Of a DNA stretch of 64,000 nucleotides, positions 1 through 9,246 are shown piece by piece. The DNA comes from Clostridia bacterium. Lineage in GTDB: Bacteria; Bacillota; Clostridia; Oscillospirales; CAG-272. The translations under genes and the position numbers were made by a program. The first letter of the stretch is position 1. Every line of letters begins with the position of its first letter. Where the stretch lies: positions 79,961 through 143,960 of the forward strand of contig JAGASS010000016.1 in assembly GCA_017621655.1 (NCBI GenBank), in the 5' to 3' direction. The notes below the pieces were generated by a model. That model saw nothing but the letters and a program-made list of their open reading frames with translations. It had not been told where the DNA came from and made no database searches.

Positions 1-528
1 GGTGTTGTATTGAAGCTTGAACTCTATACCGTGGACGAGCTTGCAACAATAGTAAAGAGAAGCGCGGGAATACTTAATATCCCGATAGACGAATACGGCG
101 CAAGGGAGATCGCCTCGCGTAGCCGCGGTACGCCGCGTATAGCAAACCGACTTCTCAAGCGCGTTCGTGACTTCGCGCAGGTCAAGGGAAGCGGAGTTAT
201 TGACAGAGATATAGCCGACTACGCGCTCAACCGACTTGAAATTGATAAGCTCGGTCTTGACGCTGTCGACAGAAGAATGCTTGAGGTCATAATCAAGTTC
301 TACGGCGGCGGTCCCGTCGGTCTCGATACCCTTGCCGCAACAGTCGGTGAGGAGGCAATAACGATCGAGGACGTCTACGAGCCGTACCTTATGCAGATCG
401 GCTTCTTGAGCCGTACACCTCGAGGCAGATGCGTAACGCGTCTTGCATATGAGCACCTTGGTATACCTTACGGAAACAATACAGTAAGCGGAAACCAGCT
501 CGACATCTTTAATACACAAGAGGACTAA
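1..528 (+). CDS. ruvB: Holliday junction branch migration helicase RuvB (5'-truncated by window edge)
   Basis: [43 protein letters not shown] motifs of the RuvB C-terminal half; frame is open from base 1. Confidence 0.97.
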   Translation, partial: GVVLKLELYTVDELATIVKRSAGILNIPIDEYGAREIASRSRGTPRIANRLLKRVRDFAQVKGSGVIDRDIADYALNRLEIDKLGLDAVDRRMLEVIIKFYGGGPVGLDTLAATVGEEAITIEDVYEPYLMQIGFLSRTPRGRCVTRLAYEHLGIPYGNNTVSGNQLDIFNTQED

Positions 529-531
529 AAT

Positions 532-1392
532 ATGTGGTCAGCTGACAACTGGAAGGATTATTCGCTTCTTGACTGCTCCGACGGATGCCGTCTTGAAAAG
601 TGGGGAGACTATACACTGATACGCCCCGATCCGCAGGTCATCTGGAAAAACTGCCGAGCTCATTCGGCATGGAAAAAGGCGGATGCAGTATACAATCGAT
701 CTAAAAGCGGCGGCGGAAGCTGGAACGAAAATAAGCTTCCCGAGGAATGGAAGATAAATTACCGCGATCTCACCTTCTCGATAAAGCCGATGGGCTTCAA
801 GCATACGGGACTTTTTCCCGAGCAGGCGGTAAACTGGGATTGGTTCTCCGAGCTTATTAAGAACGCGAACCGTCCGATAAAGGTCCTTAACCTCTTCGCT
901 TATACGGGCGGAGCGACGGTCGCGGCGGCTAAGGCAGGCGCATCGGTCTGCCACGTTGACGCATCAAAGGGAATGGTGCAGAGAGCCAAGGAAAACGCGG
1001 CGCTCAGCGGTCTATCCGACGCACCGATAAGATATATAGTCGACGACTGCTTCAAATTCTGCGAAAGAGAAAAGAGAAGAGGCAATACCTACGATGCGAT
1101 CATAATGGATCCGCCTTCATACGGACGCGGACCGAACGGCGAAAAATGGACGCTTGAGGATAATATCGACAGCTTCGTCGCCCTTGCGTCAACTCTTCTT
1201 TCCGATGATCCGCTGTTCTTCCTGCTGAATTCCTATACGACGGGGCTTTCTGCTTCGACGATGGGATATATAGTCGGAAAGAACATAATACCGAAGCACG
1301 GCGGAAGGGTGATCTCGGACGAGATCGGACTTCCCGTAAAACAGACGAGTTGGTCGCTTCCTTGCGGAGCGTCCTCGAGATGGACTAAATAA
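532..1392 (+). CDS. Class I SAM-dependent methyltransferase, RlmI/RlmK-like
   Basis: HTGLFPEQ, VLNLFAYTGG (SAM motif I) and MDPPSYG motifs; GAGGA RBS upstream. Confidence 0.85.
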   Translation: MWSADNWKDYSLLDCSDGCRLEKWGDYTLIRPDPQVIWKNCRAHSAWKKADAVYNRSKSGGGSWNENKLPEEWKINYRDLTFSIKPMGFKHTGLFPEQAVNWDWFSELIKNANRPIKVLNLFAYTGGATVAAAKAGASVCHVDASKGMVQRAKENAALSGLSDAPIRYIVDDCFKFCEREKRRGNTYDAIIMDPPSYGRGPNGEKWTLEDNIDSFVALASTLLSDDPLFFLLNSYTTGLSASTMGYIVGKNIIPKHGGRVISDEIGLPVKQTSWSLPCGASSRWTK

Positions 1393-1409
1393 AAGCTAAA
1401 GGATATAAA

Positions 1410-2273
1410 ATGTCAGTACCTTTTATAAAGGTCGAAGATCTTATCTTCACCTATGATGATGAAGACAGTATAGATAAGCATTACGTGCTGAAAAATCTCT
1501 CCCTTGAAATTGAAAAGGGATCGTTCGTTTGTGTCCTTGGACATAACGGATCTGGAAAGAGCACCTTTGCGAAGCTTCTTAACATGATACTGTCACCCGA
1601 TGAAGGAAAAATATATATAGACGGACTTGATATTACCGATCCCGAAATAACCGAAGACGATCTTTTTGAGATAAGAAGAAAGGTCGGAATGGTCTTCCAG
1701 AATCCAGATAATCAGCTTGTCGCAACGATAGTTGAGGAGGACGTGGCATTCGGACCCGAAAACCTCGGCGTTGAGCCGTCTGAAATAAGACGCCGCGTCG
1801 ACAGCGCTCTTGAGACTGTCGGAATGTCTGAGTATGCAACGCACGCGCCTCACCGTCTTTCGGGCGGACAGAAGCAGAGAGTAGCTATCGCCGGAATTAT
1901 TGCGATGCAGCCGGAATGTATCATATTCGACGAATCAACGGCAATGCTCGACCCTCAGGGCAGAGCAGAGGTCATGAATACGATCGCCAAGCTTAACCGT
2001 GAGCAGGGAATTACCGTCATCCATATTACTCACAATATGGACGAAGCGGTAAAAGCTGACCGTGTCGTCGTTATCAACGAGGGCGAGGTGTTCCTTGACG
2101 GTACGCCGAAGGAAGTCTTTTCAAACGTTGAAAAGCTTCGCCGCGCAGGTCTTGACGTGCCTCAGGTGACTGAGCTGTTTTACGATCTGTCGAATCACGG
2201 CGTAGATCTCCCTTCCGATATTCTTTGCGAAGAGGAGGGTGCGGAAATTCTTTCCGCGTGGCTGAAAAAATGA
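1410..2273 (+). CDS. ecfA1: Energy-coupling factor transporter ATPase EcfA1
   Basis: Walker A GHNGSGKS, FQNPDNQ Q-loop, LSGGQKQR, FDESTAMLDP; first gene of ecfA-ecfA-ecfT-truA. Confidence 0.93.
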   Translation: MSVPFIKVEDLIFTYDDEDSIDKHYVLKNLSLEIEKGSFVCVLGHNGSGKSTFAKLLNMILSPDEGKIYIDGLDITDPEITEDDLFEIRRKVGMVFQNPDNQLVATIVEEDVAFGPENLGVEPSEIRRRVDSALETVGMSEYATHAPHRLSGGQKQRVAIAGIIAMQPECIIFDESTAMLDPQGRAEVMNTIAKLNREQGITVIHITHNMDEAVKADRVVVINEGEVFLDGTPKEVFSNVEKLRRAGLDVPQVTELFYDLSNHGVDLPSDILCEEEGAEILSAWLKK

Positions 2274-3133
2274 CGAAATTAAAGCTTGTAGACGTAAACT
2301 ATACCTACAGTGAAGGTACGCCCTTCCGTAAGGACGCTTTGCGTAATATCAATATCGAAATTGAGGATAACTGCATAACGGGACTTATAGGACATACGGG
2401 ATGCGGTAAGTCGACGCTTGTTCAGCTGCTAAACGGTCTTCTTTTTCCGACGTCGGGCGAGGTCATGTTCGACGGAAAGAACATAAAGGAAAAGGGATAT
2501 GATCTTAAGACTCTGCGTCATAAGGTCGGTCTTGTATTCCAGTATCCTGAGTATCAGCTTTTTGAGGATACTGTATACGACGATATCGCGTTCGGACCGA
2601 AAAATATGGGACTCGATAAAGACGAGATCGACCGCCGTATTAGAGAAGCGGCGCTGTTCGTCGGTCTTGAGGAAAGATACTTTGAGGTTTCTCCCTTCGA
2701 TCTTTCGGGAGGACAGAAAAGACGCGCGGCTATTGCGGGAATAATGGCAATGGATCCCGACGTTCTTATCCTCGACGAGCCGGCGGCGGGACTTGATCCG
2801 ATCGGACGCGAGGAGATACTCGGAGGTATCTATTCGTACCAAAGAAAGCGTAAGAACGCTGTCGTTATCGTCAGCCACAGTATGGAGGACATGGCGCGCT
2901 ATTCCGATAAGCTCATCGTTATGAACGGCGGTGAGGTATTTATGCAGGGAAATTGCCGCGAGGTATTCTCTGAGACTGATAAGCTTCTGTCGGTCGGACT
3001 TGACGTTCCGCAGATAACGAAGTTCATGCGTGAGCTGAAGAGCAAGGGCGTTGACGTGAGGACCGATATTTTCACAGTCGACGAGGCAAGAGCCGAGATC
3101 CTTTCAAAGATAGGAGGACGCGGCAATGCTTAA
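2270..3133 (+). CDS. ecfA2: Energy-coupling factor transporter ATPase EcfA2
   Basis: GHTGCGKS, FQYPEYQLF, LSGGQKRR, LDEPAAGLDP; ATG at 2270 overlaps ecfA1 stop (ATGA). Confidence 0.93.
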   Translation: MTKLKLVDVNYTYSEGTPFRKDALRNINIEIEDNCITGLIGHTGCGKSTLVQLLNGLLFPTSGEVMFDGKNIKEKGYDLKTLRHKVGLVFQYPEYQLFEDTVYDDIAFGPKNMGLDKDEIDRRIREAALFVGLEERYFEVSPFDLSGGQKRRAAIAGIMAMDPDVLILDEPAAGLDPIGREEILGGIYSYQRKRKNAVVIVSHSMEDMARYSDKLIVMNGGEVFMQGNCREVFSETDKLLSVGLDVPQITKFMRELKSKGVDVRTDIFTVDEARAEILSKIGGRGNA

Positions 3134-3947
3134 AGATATAACCCTCGGACAGTTTTTTCCGGGAAGATCATTCCTTCACAGGATCGACCCCAGAACGAAG
3201 ATAATAGCGGCGCTTCTTTATATCGTTGCGGTATTTCTTTGCGATTCAATAATGTCCTTTATTATACTTTTGGCGGCGACGCTGGCGCTGATCGCGCTGT
3301 CGGGTGTCCCGGTAAAGATAATAGTAAAGGGACTTAAGCCGCTGATATTTATTTTGGCATTTACGACGATATATAACGTGTTTTTCTATAAAGGCGACCA
3401 TATCCTTGTCCATTGGAAGTTTATCACGATATATCTCGAGGGCGTTGTTTTCGCTCTGATCATGGGACTGCGCATAATATGTCTTCTGACCGGAAGCTCG
3501 GTACTTATGACTTATACTACGTCTCCGATCATGCTGACCGACGGTATCGAGCGTCTGCTGTCGCCTCTGAATAAGATAAAGGCACCCGTACACGAGTTTG
3601 CGATGATGATGTCGATAGCACTGCGCTTTATACCGACTCTCGTTGAGGAGACGGACAAGATAATGTGTGCGCAGAAGGCGCGCGGAGCCGACTTCTCGTC
3701 AGGCGGACTTATTAAGAGAGCTAGGGCGCTTATACCTGTTCTCGTACCGCTGTTTATTTCAGCGTTCCGCCGTGCGAGCGACCTCGCGGTTGCGATGGAG
3801 TGCCGATGCTACAGAGGCGGAAGCGGAAGAACGAGAATGACTAAAACGCATTTCGGTGCGCGTGACGTTATCCTCTTCACTGCCACGGTAATTCTCGGGA
3901 CGGTAATAGTACTGTCAAATATTTATTTCCCGATATGGATGATATAG
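3126..3947 (+). CDS. ecfT: ECF transporter transmembrane component EcfT
   Basis: DPRTK, IALRFIPTL, AQKARG and AMECRCY motifs; hydrophobic helices. Confidence 0.93.
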   Translation: MLKDITLGQFFPGRSFLHRIDPRTKIIAALLYIVAVFLCDSIMSFIILLAATLALIALSGVPVKIIVKGLKPLIFILAFTTIYNVFFYKGDHILVHWKFITIYLEGVVFALIMGLRIICLLTGSSVLMTYTTSPIMLTDGIERLLSPLNKIKAPVHEFAMMMSIALRFIPTLVEETDKIMCAQKARGADFSSGGLIKRARALIPVLVPLFISAFRRASDLAVAMECRCYRGGSGRTRMTKTHFGARDVILFTATVILGTVIVLSNIYFPIWMI

Positions 3948-3958
3948 GAAGATAAGCT

Positions 3959-4693
3959 GTGAAGTACCTACTGACAATTTCATACGACGGCAGAAGCTAC
4001 TGCGGCTATCAAAAGCAGAAAAACGGCGTGTCTGTTCAGGAAAAACTGACCGATGCCGCTTCCGCGCTGTTTGGTGACGGTACGAAAATTACGGGTTGCT
4101 CGCGTACCGATAGCGGAGTTCACGCCGTCGCGTTCAAGGCAACGCTTGAAAGCGAAAACGCTAAGATCAAGCCGGAAAAGCTGCCGTCGGCACTTAACGC
4201 GCATCTTCCGCCCGATATATCGGTAAGAGATGCGTCGGAATCCGACGCGGACTTTCATCCGCGCTATTCCGTCAAGGAAAAGGAGTACAGATATATTATC
4301 TGTAATTCATCTACACGCGATCCGTTCAGCGAGGGAAGAGCATACTTTTTCCCGAAAAAGCTAGATGCCGAAATAATGAATGAAGCCGCGCAGTCTCTTG
4401 TCGGAAAGCACGATTTCAGAGCGTTTATGGCGTCGGGATCAAAAATTGAAGATACCGTAAGAGAAGTCTATTCTTGTACCGTTACAAGAGAGGGCGATAA
4501 TATAACCGTCTCGGTCCGCGGAAACGGATTTCTCTACAATATGGTAAGAATAATCGTCGGAACGCTTATCGCAGTTTCCGACGGCAAGATCGCAAAAGAC
4601 GATATTGCGAAAATAATAGAAAGCAAGGACCGTAAAAACGCAGGTCCGACTGCTCCGGCAGAAGGACTGTATCTATACGACGTAAAGTATTGA
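3959..4693 (+). CDS. truA: tRNA pseudouridine(38-40) synthase TruA
   Basis: SRTDSGVHA catalytic motif, GFLYNMVRIIVG, TAPAEGLYL. Confidence 0.96.
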   Translation: MKYLLTISYDGRSYCGYQKQKNGVSVQEKLTDAASALFGDGTKITGCSRTDSGVHAVAFKATLESENAKIKPEKLPSALNAHLPPDISVRDASESDADFHPRYSVKEKEYRYIICNSSTRDPFSEGRAYFFPKKLDAEIMNEAAQSLVGKHDFRAFMASGSKIEDTVREVYSCTVTREGDNITVSVRGNGFLYNMVRIIVGTLIAVSDGKIAKDDIAKIIESKDRKNAGPTAPAEGLYLYDVKY

Positions 4694-4707
4694 GAAAGGA
4701 GGCAAAA

Positions 4708-5994
4708 ATGGAGGAAAAGAAAAAGCCACAGGTTCCGTCTGAAAATGATAAACCGGAAAAACGCGGATACAAGCTTATAAAAAAGAGAAGCTCGGTCGTT
4801 ATGCCTAAAGCAAAATACGACGGTGCGTTTGAAAAAGAAAACCCATATTATATAAAGATAGCTAATAAATATGCTATCCTAAAGTATATATCTATTCTGC
4901 TGACCTTCGTTTTTGCCGTAACGATGCTGACTGCATTCAGCTCTGACATAACGCCGGAGAATTTTCAATATCTATTAAAGGACCTCGATATTACAGGTGT
5001 CCTTTCGGGAAGCAAGTTCGACTCGGTAATATATAACGGCGGTTCGACCTCGTCCTTCGGTATCTACAGAGGAGAGCTGGCAGTTATAAACGCCGGTTCG
5101 ACGATGCTGTATAAGCCGTCGGGTGCGCTGTCGTACAGTGATACTAATAAGTTTTATAATCCTCGCCTTGTTATATCGGATAAATATATGCTGATATACG
5201 ACAGAGGCGATACGACGCATACCTACTCGGTACATAATTCCTTTGCAAAGCTGCATGAGGAAAGATATGAATATCCAATAACTCTTGCAGATATGTCAAA
5301 TAAGGGAAGCTACGCAGTTGTAACGCGTGACGACAGCTTCCGAAGCATCGTGTATATATACGATGAGAACTTTAATCTGAAAAATACCGTTAAAAAGGAT
5401 AAATACGTTCTTTCGATAAGTATGAATGACGCAGGCAATAAGCTTGCGATCGCATCGGTCTACGATAAGGAAGGCGCCTTTGAGAGCGAAATACTCGTTC
5501 TCGGAATATCTAGCGAGAAGCCCGATTTTACCGTGACCGAAGAGGGAAAGATACCGCTAAAAAGCGAGTGGCTGAAAAACGGAGACCTGGCTGTTGTTTA
5601 TTCCGACTGCGCGGTGATCTATTCGCCTAAGGGCGATAAACGGGCAACGCTTCAGCTCAGCGGTCATTCGTCACATAATCTCGAGCTTAACTCGTCGCTG
5701 ATCGTTTCGGTGTATAATACGACGGTCCTCGGTTACGATAAAACGGTAAACGTTTACGACGTGAACGGAGAGCTTATAATGACGTCCTCGATCGAGGGAG
5801 AGCTTATAAAAATTCTTCCCGGAAGCGACAAGGTTTGTCTGCTTTTTGAAGACAGAGCAGTGCTTATCGACGTAGTTTCAAAGACCGTAAAGGAAGCGCC
5901 CGTTAAGCCGAACGCAAAGGACGTAGCGTTCTATGAGGATAGCGTAATAGTTTGTTATTCCGGCGGAGCCGAGCCGCTTGATTTCGGCAAATAG
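4708..5994 (+). CDS. Membrane-anchored beta-propeller-like protein (DUF5711-like)
   Basis: One N-terminal TM helix then beta-rich repeats; AAGGAGG RBS before ATG 4708; lies upstream of a CvpA gene as such proteins often do in Clostridia. Confidence 0.55.
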   Translation: MEEKKKPQVPSENDKPEKRGYKLIKKRSSVVMPKAKYDGAFEKENPYYIKIANKYAILKYISILLTFVFAVTMLTAFSSDITPENFQYLLKDLDITGVLSGSKFDSVIYNGGSTSSFGIYRGELAVINAGSTMLYKPSGALSYSDTNKFYNPRLVISDKYMLIYDRGDTTHTYSVHNSFAKLHEERYEYPITLADMSNKGSYAVVTRDDSFRSIVYIYDENFNLKNTVKKDKYVLSISMNDAGNKLAIASVYDKEGAFESEILVLGISSEKPDFTVTEEGKIPLKSEWLKNGDLAVVYSDCAVIYSPKGDKRATLQLSGHSSHNLELNSSLIVSVYNTTVLGYDKTVNVYDVNGELIMTSSIEGELIKILPGSDKVCLLFEDRAVLIDVVSKTVKEAPVKPNAKDVAFYEDSVIVCYSGGAEPLDFGK

Positions 5995-6015
5995 TAGTTT
6001 TGAAGGGGTATAGCA

Positions 6016-6711
6016 ATGTCACTTTTAATTGACGTTATTGTAATAGCCGCGTTTGCAGGTTGCCTGATCCGCGGAATAAAAAAGGGCTTTATCAAGAGCA
6101 TTATCGGAATCGTCATTGTAATCGCAGCAATAATCGGCAGCGTTCAGTTCAGTCCCGCATTGGGTAATACGCTGAACGATAAGTTCGTTCACAAGTCTGT
6201 GGTCTCGGCTGCAAAAGATTCGATACCCAAAGTTGATACCGATACGCTCATTAACGAAATGCCGACTGCGTTCAAAAAGTCTCTTGACCGATTCAGAACA
6301 GATCCCGAAGACGTAAAAGAGCTGTTTGAAAACAGCGACATAGAGGAGACCGAGGAGCAAAAGCGCGCAAGAATTGCCGAGAAAATGGCTTCGCCTCTTT
6401 CAAAGGCAATATCAAGAGCACTTGCATTTCTGATAATCTTCGTCGTTTTGTATCTTGTACTCTTTATAATTTCGATAATAGTATGCGCGGTCGTAAAGCT
6501 TCCGCTTCTCAGAACTGCCGATAAGCTTCTCGGCGCACTTCTGGGAGGCGTTTCGGGAATACTTCTTGCGTGGGGAGTCAGTCTCGCAATATGCGCTCTG
6601 CTTCCTCACCTTTCGGTCCTTTACGACGGAGTCGTACCCGAAACGGTCATCGATAATTCGATAGTAGTAAAATTCATCGGTAAATTCGATCCCTTTAACC
6701 TTATAAAATAA
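6016..6711 (+). CDS. CvpA (colicin V production) family membrane protein
   Basis: N-terminal IDVIVI..GIKKGFIKS and C-terminal ADKLLGALLGGVSG motifs; 4 TM helices. Confidence 0.8.
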   Translation: MSLLIDVIVIAAFAGCLIRGIKKGFIKSIIGIVIVIAAIIGSVQFSPALGNTLNDKFVHKSVVSAAKDSIPKVDTDTLINEMPTAFKKSLDRFRTDPEDVKELFENSDIEETEEQKRARIAEKMASPLSKAISRALAFLIIFVVLYLVLFIISIIVCAVVKLPLLRTADKLLGALLGGVSGILLAWGVSLAICALLPHLSVLYDGVVPETVIDNSIVVKFIGKFDPFNLIK

Positions 6712-6737
6712 GCGAAAACCCAGTTTGGAGAAATAAT

Positions 6738-9023
6738 ATGCAGCTTTGCTCAAAATGCCACAAGCGGCTTGCGGTCGTCTTTGTCGGCAAAATGATAAAC
6801 GATAAAATTGAAAACGAAGGCTATTGCCTGCGCTGTGCCAAGGGACTTGGTATTGCACAGGTCGACGCCCTTATGAATCAGTACGGTATCTCGGAGGACG
6901 ATCTCGACCGTCTTGAGCCGGATATCGACGAAAATGATCTTCCCGCAGTAATTGATGAAGCGGACGACGAGGGAAAAGCTCCCGCAATCGACTTTATGAA
7001 GATCCTCGGCTCGGTCGGCGGAATGCCGCCCATGAGGGGCAGACCCGAAAAGAAGCCGAACGAAAAGAACGAAAAGAACAAAAAAGAGAAGGAAAAGAAG
7101 TTCCTTTCTCAGTATTGCACCTCGCTTACCGATAAGGCGAAAAACGGACTTCTCGATGCTATAATCGGACGTGACCGCGAGCTTCAGCGCGTTATGCAGA
7201 TACTATGCCGCCGTCAGAAGAATAATCCTTGTCTAATCGGTGAGCCGGGTGTCGGAAAGACTGCGGTTGCAGAAGCACTTGCTTCCAAGATCGCATCGGG
7301 CGACGTTCCTTTCCGTCTCAAGGATAAGGAAGTGTATCTCGTTGATATGACCGCGCTCGTTGCAGGTACGCAGTTCAGAGGTCAGTTTGAAACGAGAATG
7401 AAGGGACTTATCGACGAGGTAAAGGCGCTCGGTAACGTTATTCTGGTTATCGACGAGGTCCATACTATCGCGTCCGCAGGCGACGCTGAGGGCAGTATGA
7501 ATGCCGCAAACATCCTCAAGCCCGCCCTTTCTCGCGGTGAGATCCAGGTCATCGGCGCAACGACACTGACCGAATACAGGAAATTCATCGAAAAGGACGC
7601 TGCGCTCGAACGTCGCTTCCAGCCCGTTATGATCGACGAGCCGTCGTTAAGCGACTGCGTTGAGATACTCAAGGGCATCAAAAATTATTATGAAAATTTC
7701 CACGGTATAACCGTCTCGAACGAGCTTCTTTATAAGGCGGTAAACCTTTCGGAGAGATATATAACTGACAGATACCTGCCCGATAAGGCAATAGACCTTC
7801 TTGACGAGGCACTTTCTTACGTTGCGCTTAAGTCAAAGGCGCTTAATGAATTCAGAGCAGCCGAGAAGGAAGCGATCGACGTTGCTACTCGCAAAGCCGA
7901 AATAGAGGCGCGCGAGGAGACCGAGCAGGAAGCACAGAATAAGAAGTACGAGGAGCTTGCAGAGATAAAGGTCAAGGAGATAAACCTTAATCAGCGTCTC
8001 GACTCGCTCCGCGAGGAGAAGGAAAAGCTCGCGCTTACAGGCGCAGACCTCGCAAGAGTTATCGAAATATGGACGGGAGTTCCTGCGTCCTCGATAATGG
8101 AAAACGATTTTGCCAAGCTCGAGCGCCTTAAGGAAAGCATATCGGGTAAGATCATAGGACAGGATCACGCAGTTGACGCTGTCGTCCGCGCGATAAGAAG
8201 AAACCGCGCGGGAGTAAGCGCGAAGCGTAAGCCCGTTTCCTTTATATTTGCAGGACCGACGGGCGTTGGTAAGACTGAGCTTGTAAAGGTGCTCGCTTCA
8301 GAGCTTTTTGATTCGCCCGAAACGCTTATACGCCTTGATATGTCGGAATTTATGGAGAAATTCTCAGTATCGAGGATAATAGGTGCTCCTCCCGGATACG
8401 TCGGCTACGATGAGGCAGGACAGCTGACCGAAAAGATCCGCCGTAAGCCGTACAGCGTAGTGCTTTTCGATGAGATCGAAAAGGCACATCCCGACGTAAT
8501 GAATATTCTTCTGCAGATCCTCGACGACGGAAGAATCACCGACGCGCAGGGAAGAACTGTCAATTTTGAAAATACCGTTATAGTTATGACGACGAACGCC
8601 GGCTCGGAGGTATCTTCATCCTCTGCGGGCTTTTCTGCAAGCCGTCACGATTCAGATAAGGAACGCACCGAAAAGGCACTTTCTACCTTCTTGCGCCCGG
8701 AGTTTATTAACCGTGTAGACGAAATAATCGTATTTAACCGCTTAAGTAAAGAAAACTTCGCGGAAATTGCGAAGCTTATGCTTAACGATCTCGTTAGAGC
8801 TTTGGCTGAAAAGGATATCAAATTCGTCTATACCGATAAGGCGGCGAAAGCTATTGCCGATGCGTCGTTCAGCGATAAATACGGTGCGCGTAATATGCGC
8901 AGATATATTGAAAAAGAGGTCGAGGATAAGCTTGCAGATAAGCTTATCAGCGGCTATACCGAGAATATTTTCGGTATTTCTCTTGATCACGACGGCGAAA
9001 AGCTGACCGTTGAAACTATTTAA
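6738..9023 (+). CDS. ATP-dependent Clp protease ATP-binding subunit, ClpE/ClpC-like with N-terminal zinc finger
   Basis: CSKC..CLRC N-terminus, two AAA+ modules (GEPGVGKT, IDEVH; GPTGVGKT, FDEIEKAH), GAPPGYVGY pore loop, AGF ClpP-docking-type loop. Confidence 0.93.
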   Translation: MQLCSKCHKRLAVVFVGKMINDKIENEGYCLRCAKGLGIAQVDALMNQYGISEDDLDRLEPDIDENDLPAVIDEADDEGKAPAIDFMKILGSVGGMPPMRGRPEKKPNEKNEKNKKEKEKKFLSQYCTSLTDKAKNGLLDAIIGRDRELQRVMQILCRRQKNNPCLIGEPGVGKTAVAEALASKIASGDVPFRLKDKEVYLVDMTALVAGTQFRGQFETRMKGLIDEVKALGNVILVIDEVHTIASAGDAEGSMNAANILKPALSRGEIQVIGATTLTEYRKFIEKDAALERRFQPVMIDEPSLSDCVEILKGIKNYYENFHGITVSNELLYKAVNLSERYITDRYLPDKAIDLLDEALSYVALKSKALNEFRAAEKEAIDVATRKAEIEAREETEQEAQNKKYEELAEIKVKEINLNQRLDSLREEKEKLALTGADLARVIEIWTGVPASSIMENDFAKLERLKESISGKIIGQDHAVDAVVRAIRRNRAGVSAKRKPVSFIFAGPTGVGKTELVKVLASELFDSPETLIRLDMSEFMEKFSVSRIIGAPPGYVGYDEAGQLTEKIRRKPYSVVLFDEIEKAHPDVMNILLQILDDGRITDAQGRTVNFENTVIVMTTNAGSEVSSSSAGFSASRHDSDKERTEKALSTFLRPEFINRVDEIIVFNRLSKENFAEIAKLMLNDLVRALAEKDIKFVYTDKAAKAIADASFSDKYGARNMRRYIEKEVEDKLADKLISGYTENIFGISLDHDGEKLTVETI

Positions 9024-9036
9024 GCTTGATTTTATT

Positions 9037-9061
9037 CGGCGGGAGCAAGCCCCCGCCCTAC
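9037..9061 (-). repeat. GTAG-type REP-like palindrome
   Basis: Minus strand GTAGGGCGGGGGCTTGCTCCCGCCG: GTAG followed by GC-rich imperfect hairpin. Confidence 0.65.
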
Positions 9062-9113
9062 AAAAACGTGGTAAAAATCTGTAAAATAGCGATTAGACTG
9101 AGCGGAGGAGCAG

Positions 9114-9140
9114 CGGACCGTCGAGGACGCCGGTCCCTAC
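9114..9140 (-). repeat. GTAG-type REP-like palindrome
   Basis: Minus strand GTAGGGACCGGCGTCCTCGACGGTCCG: GTAG followed by GGACCG..CGGTCC hairpin. Confidence 0.7.
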
Positions 9141-9246
9141 AAATCACGTGGCGTAGCTTCGTTGCGTTCTATTGGATTCCCCTTTGTCGGGCTTGGCTCA
9201 GGATGACCGCAGAATGCTTCTAAATCTCAAAGAAAGGAGAGCAGAT

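Noticed and set aside
9026-9246. 65-aa ORF 9026-9223 and N-terminal extension of the ATPase from 9172
   Set aside because: Translations of REP-like palindromes; the strong RBS points to ATG 9247.
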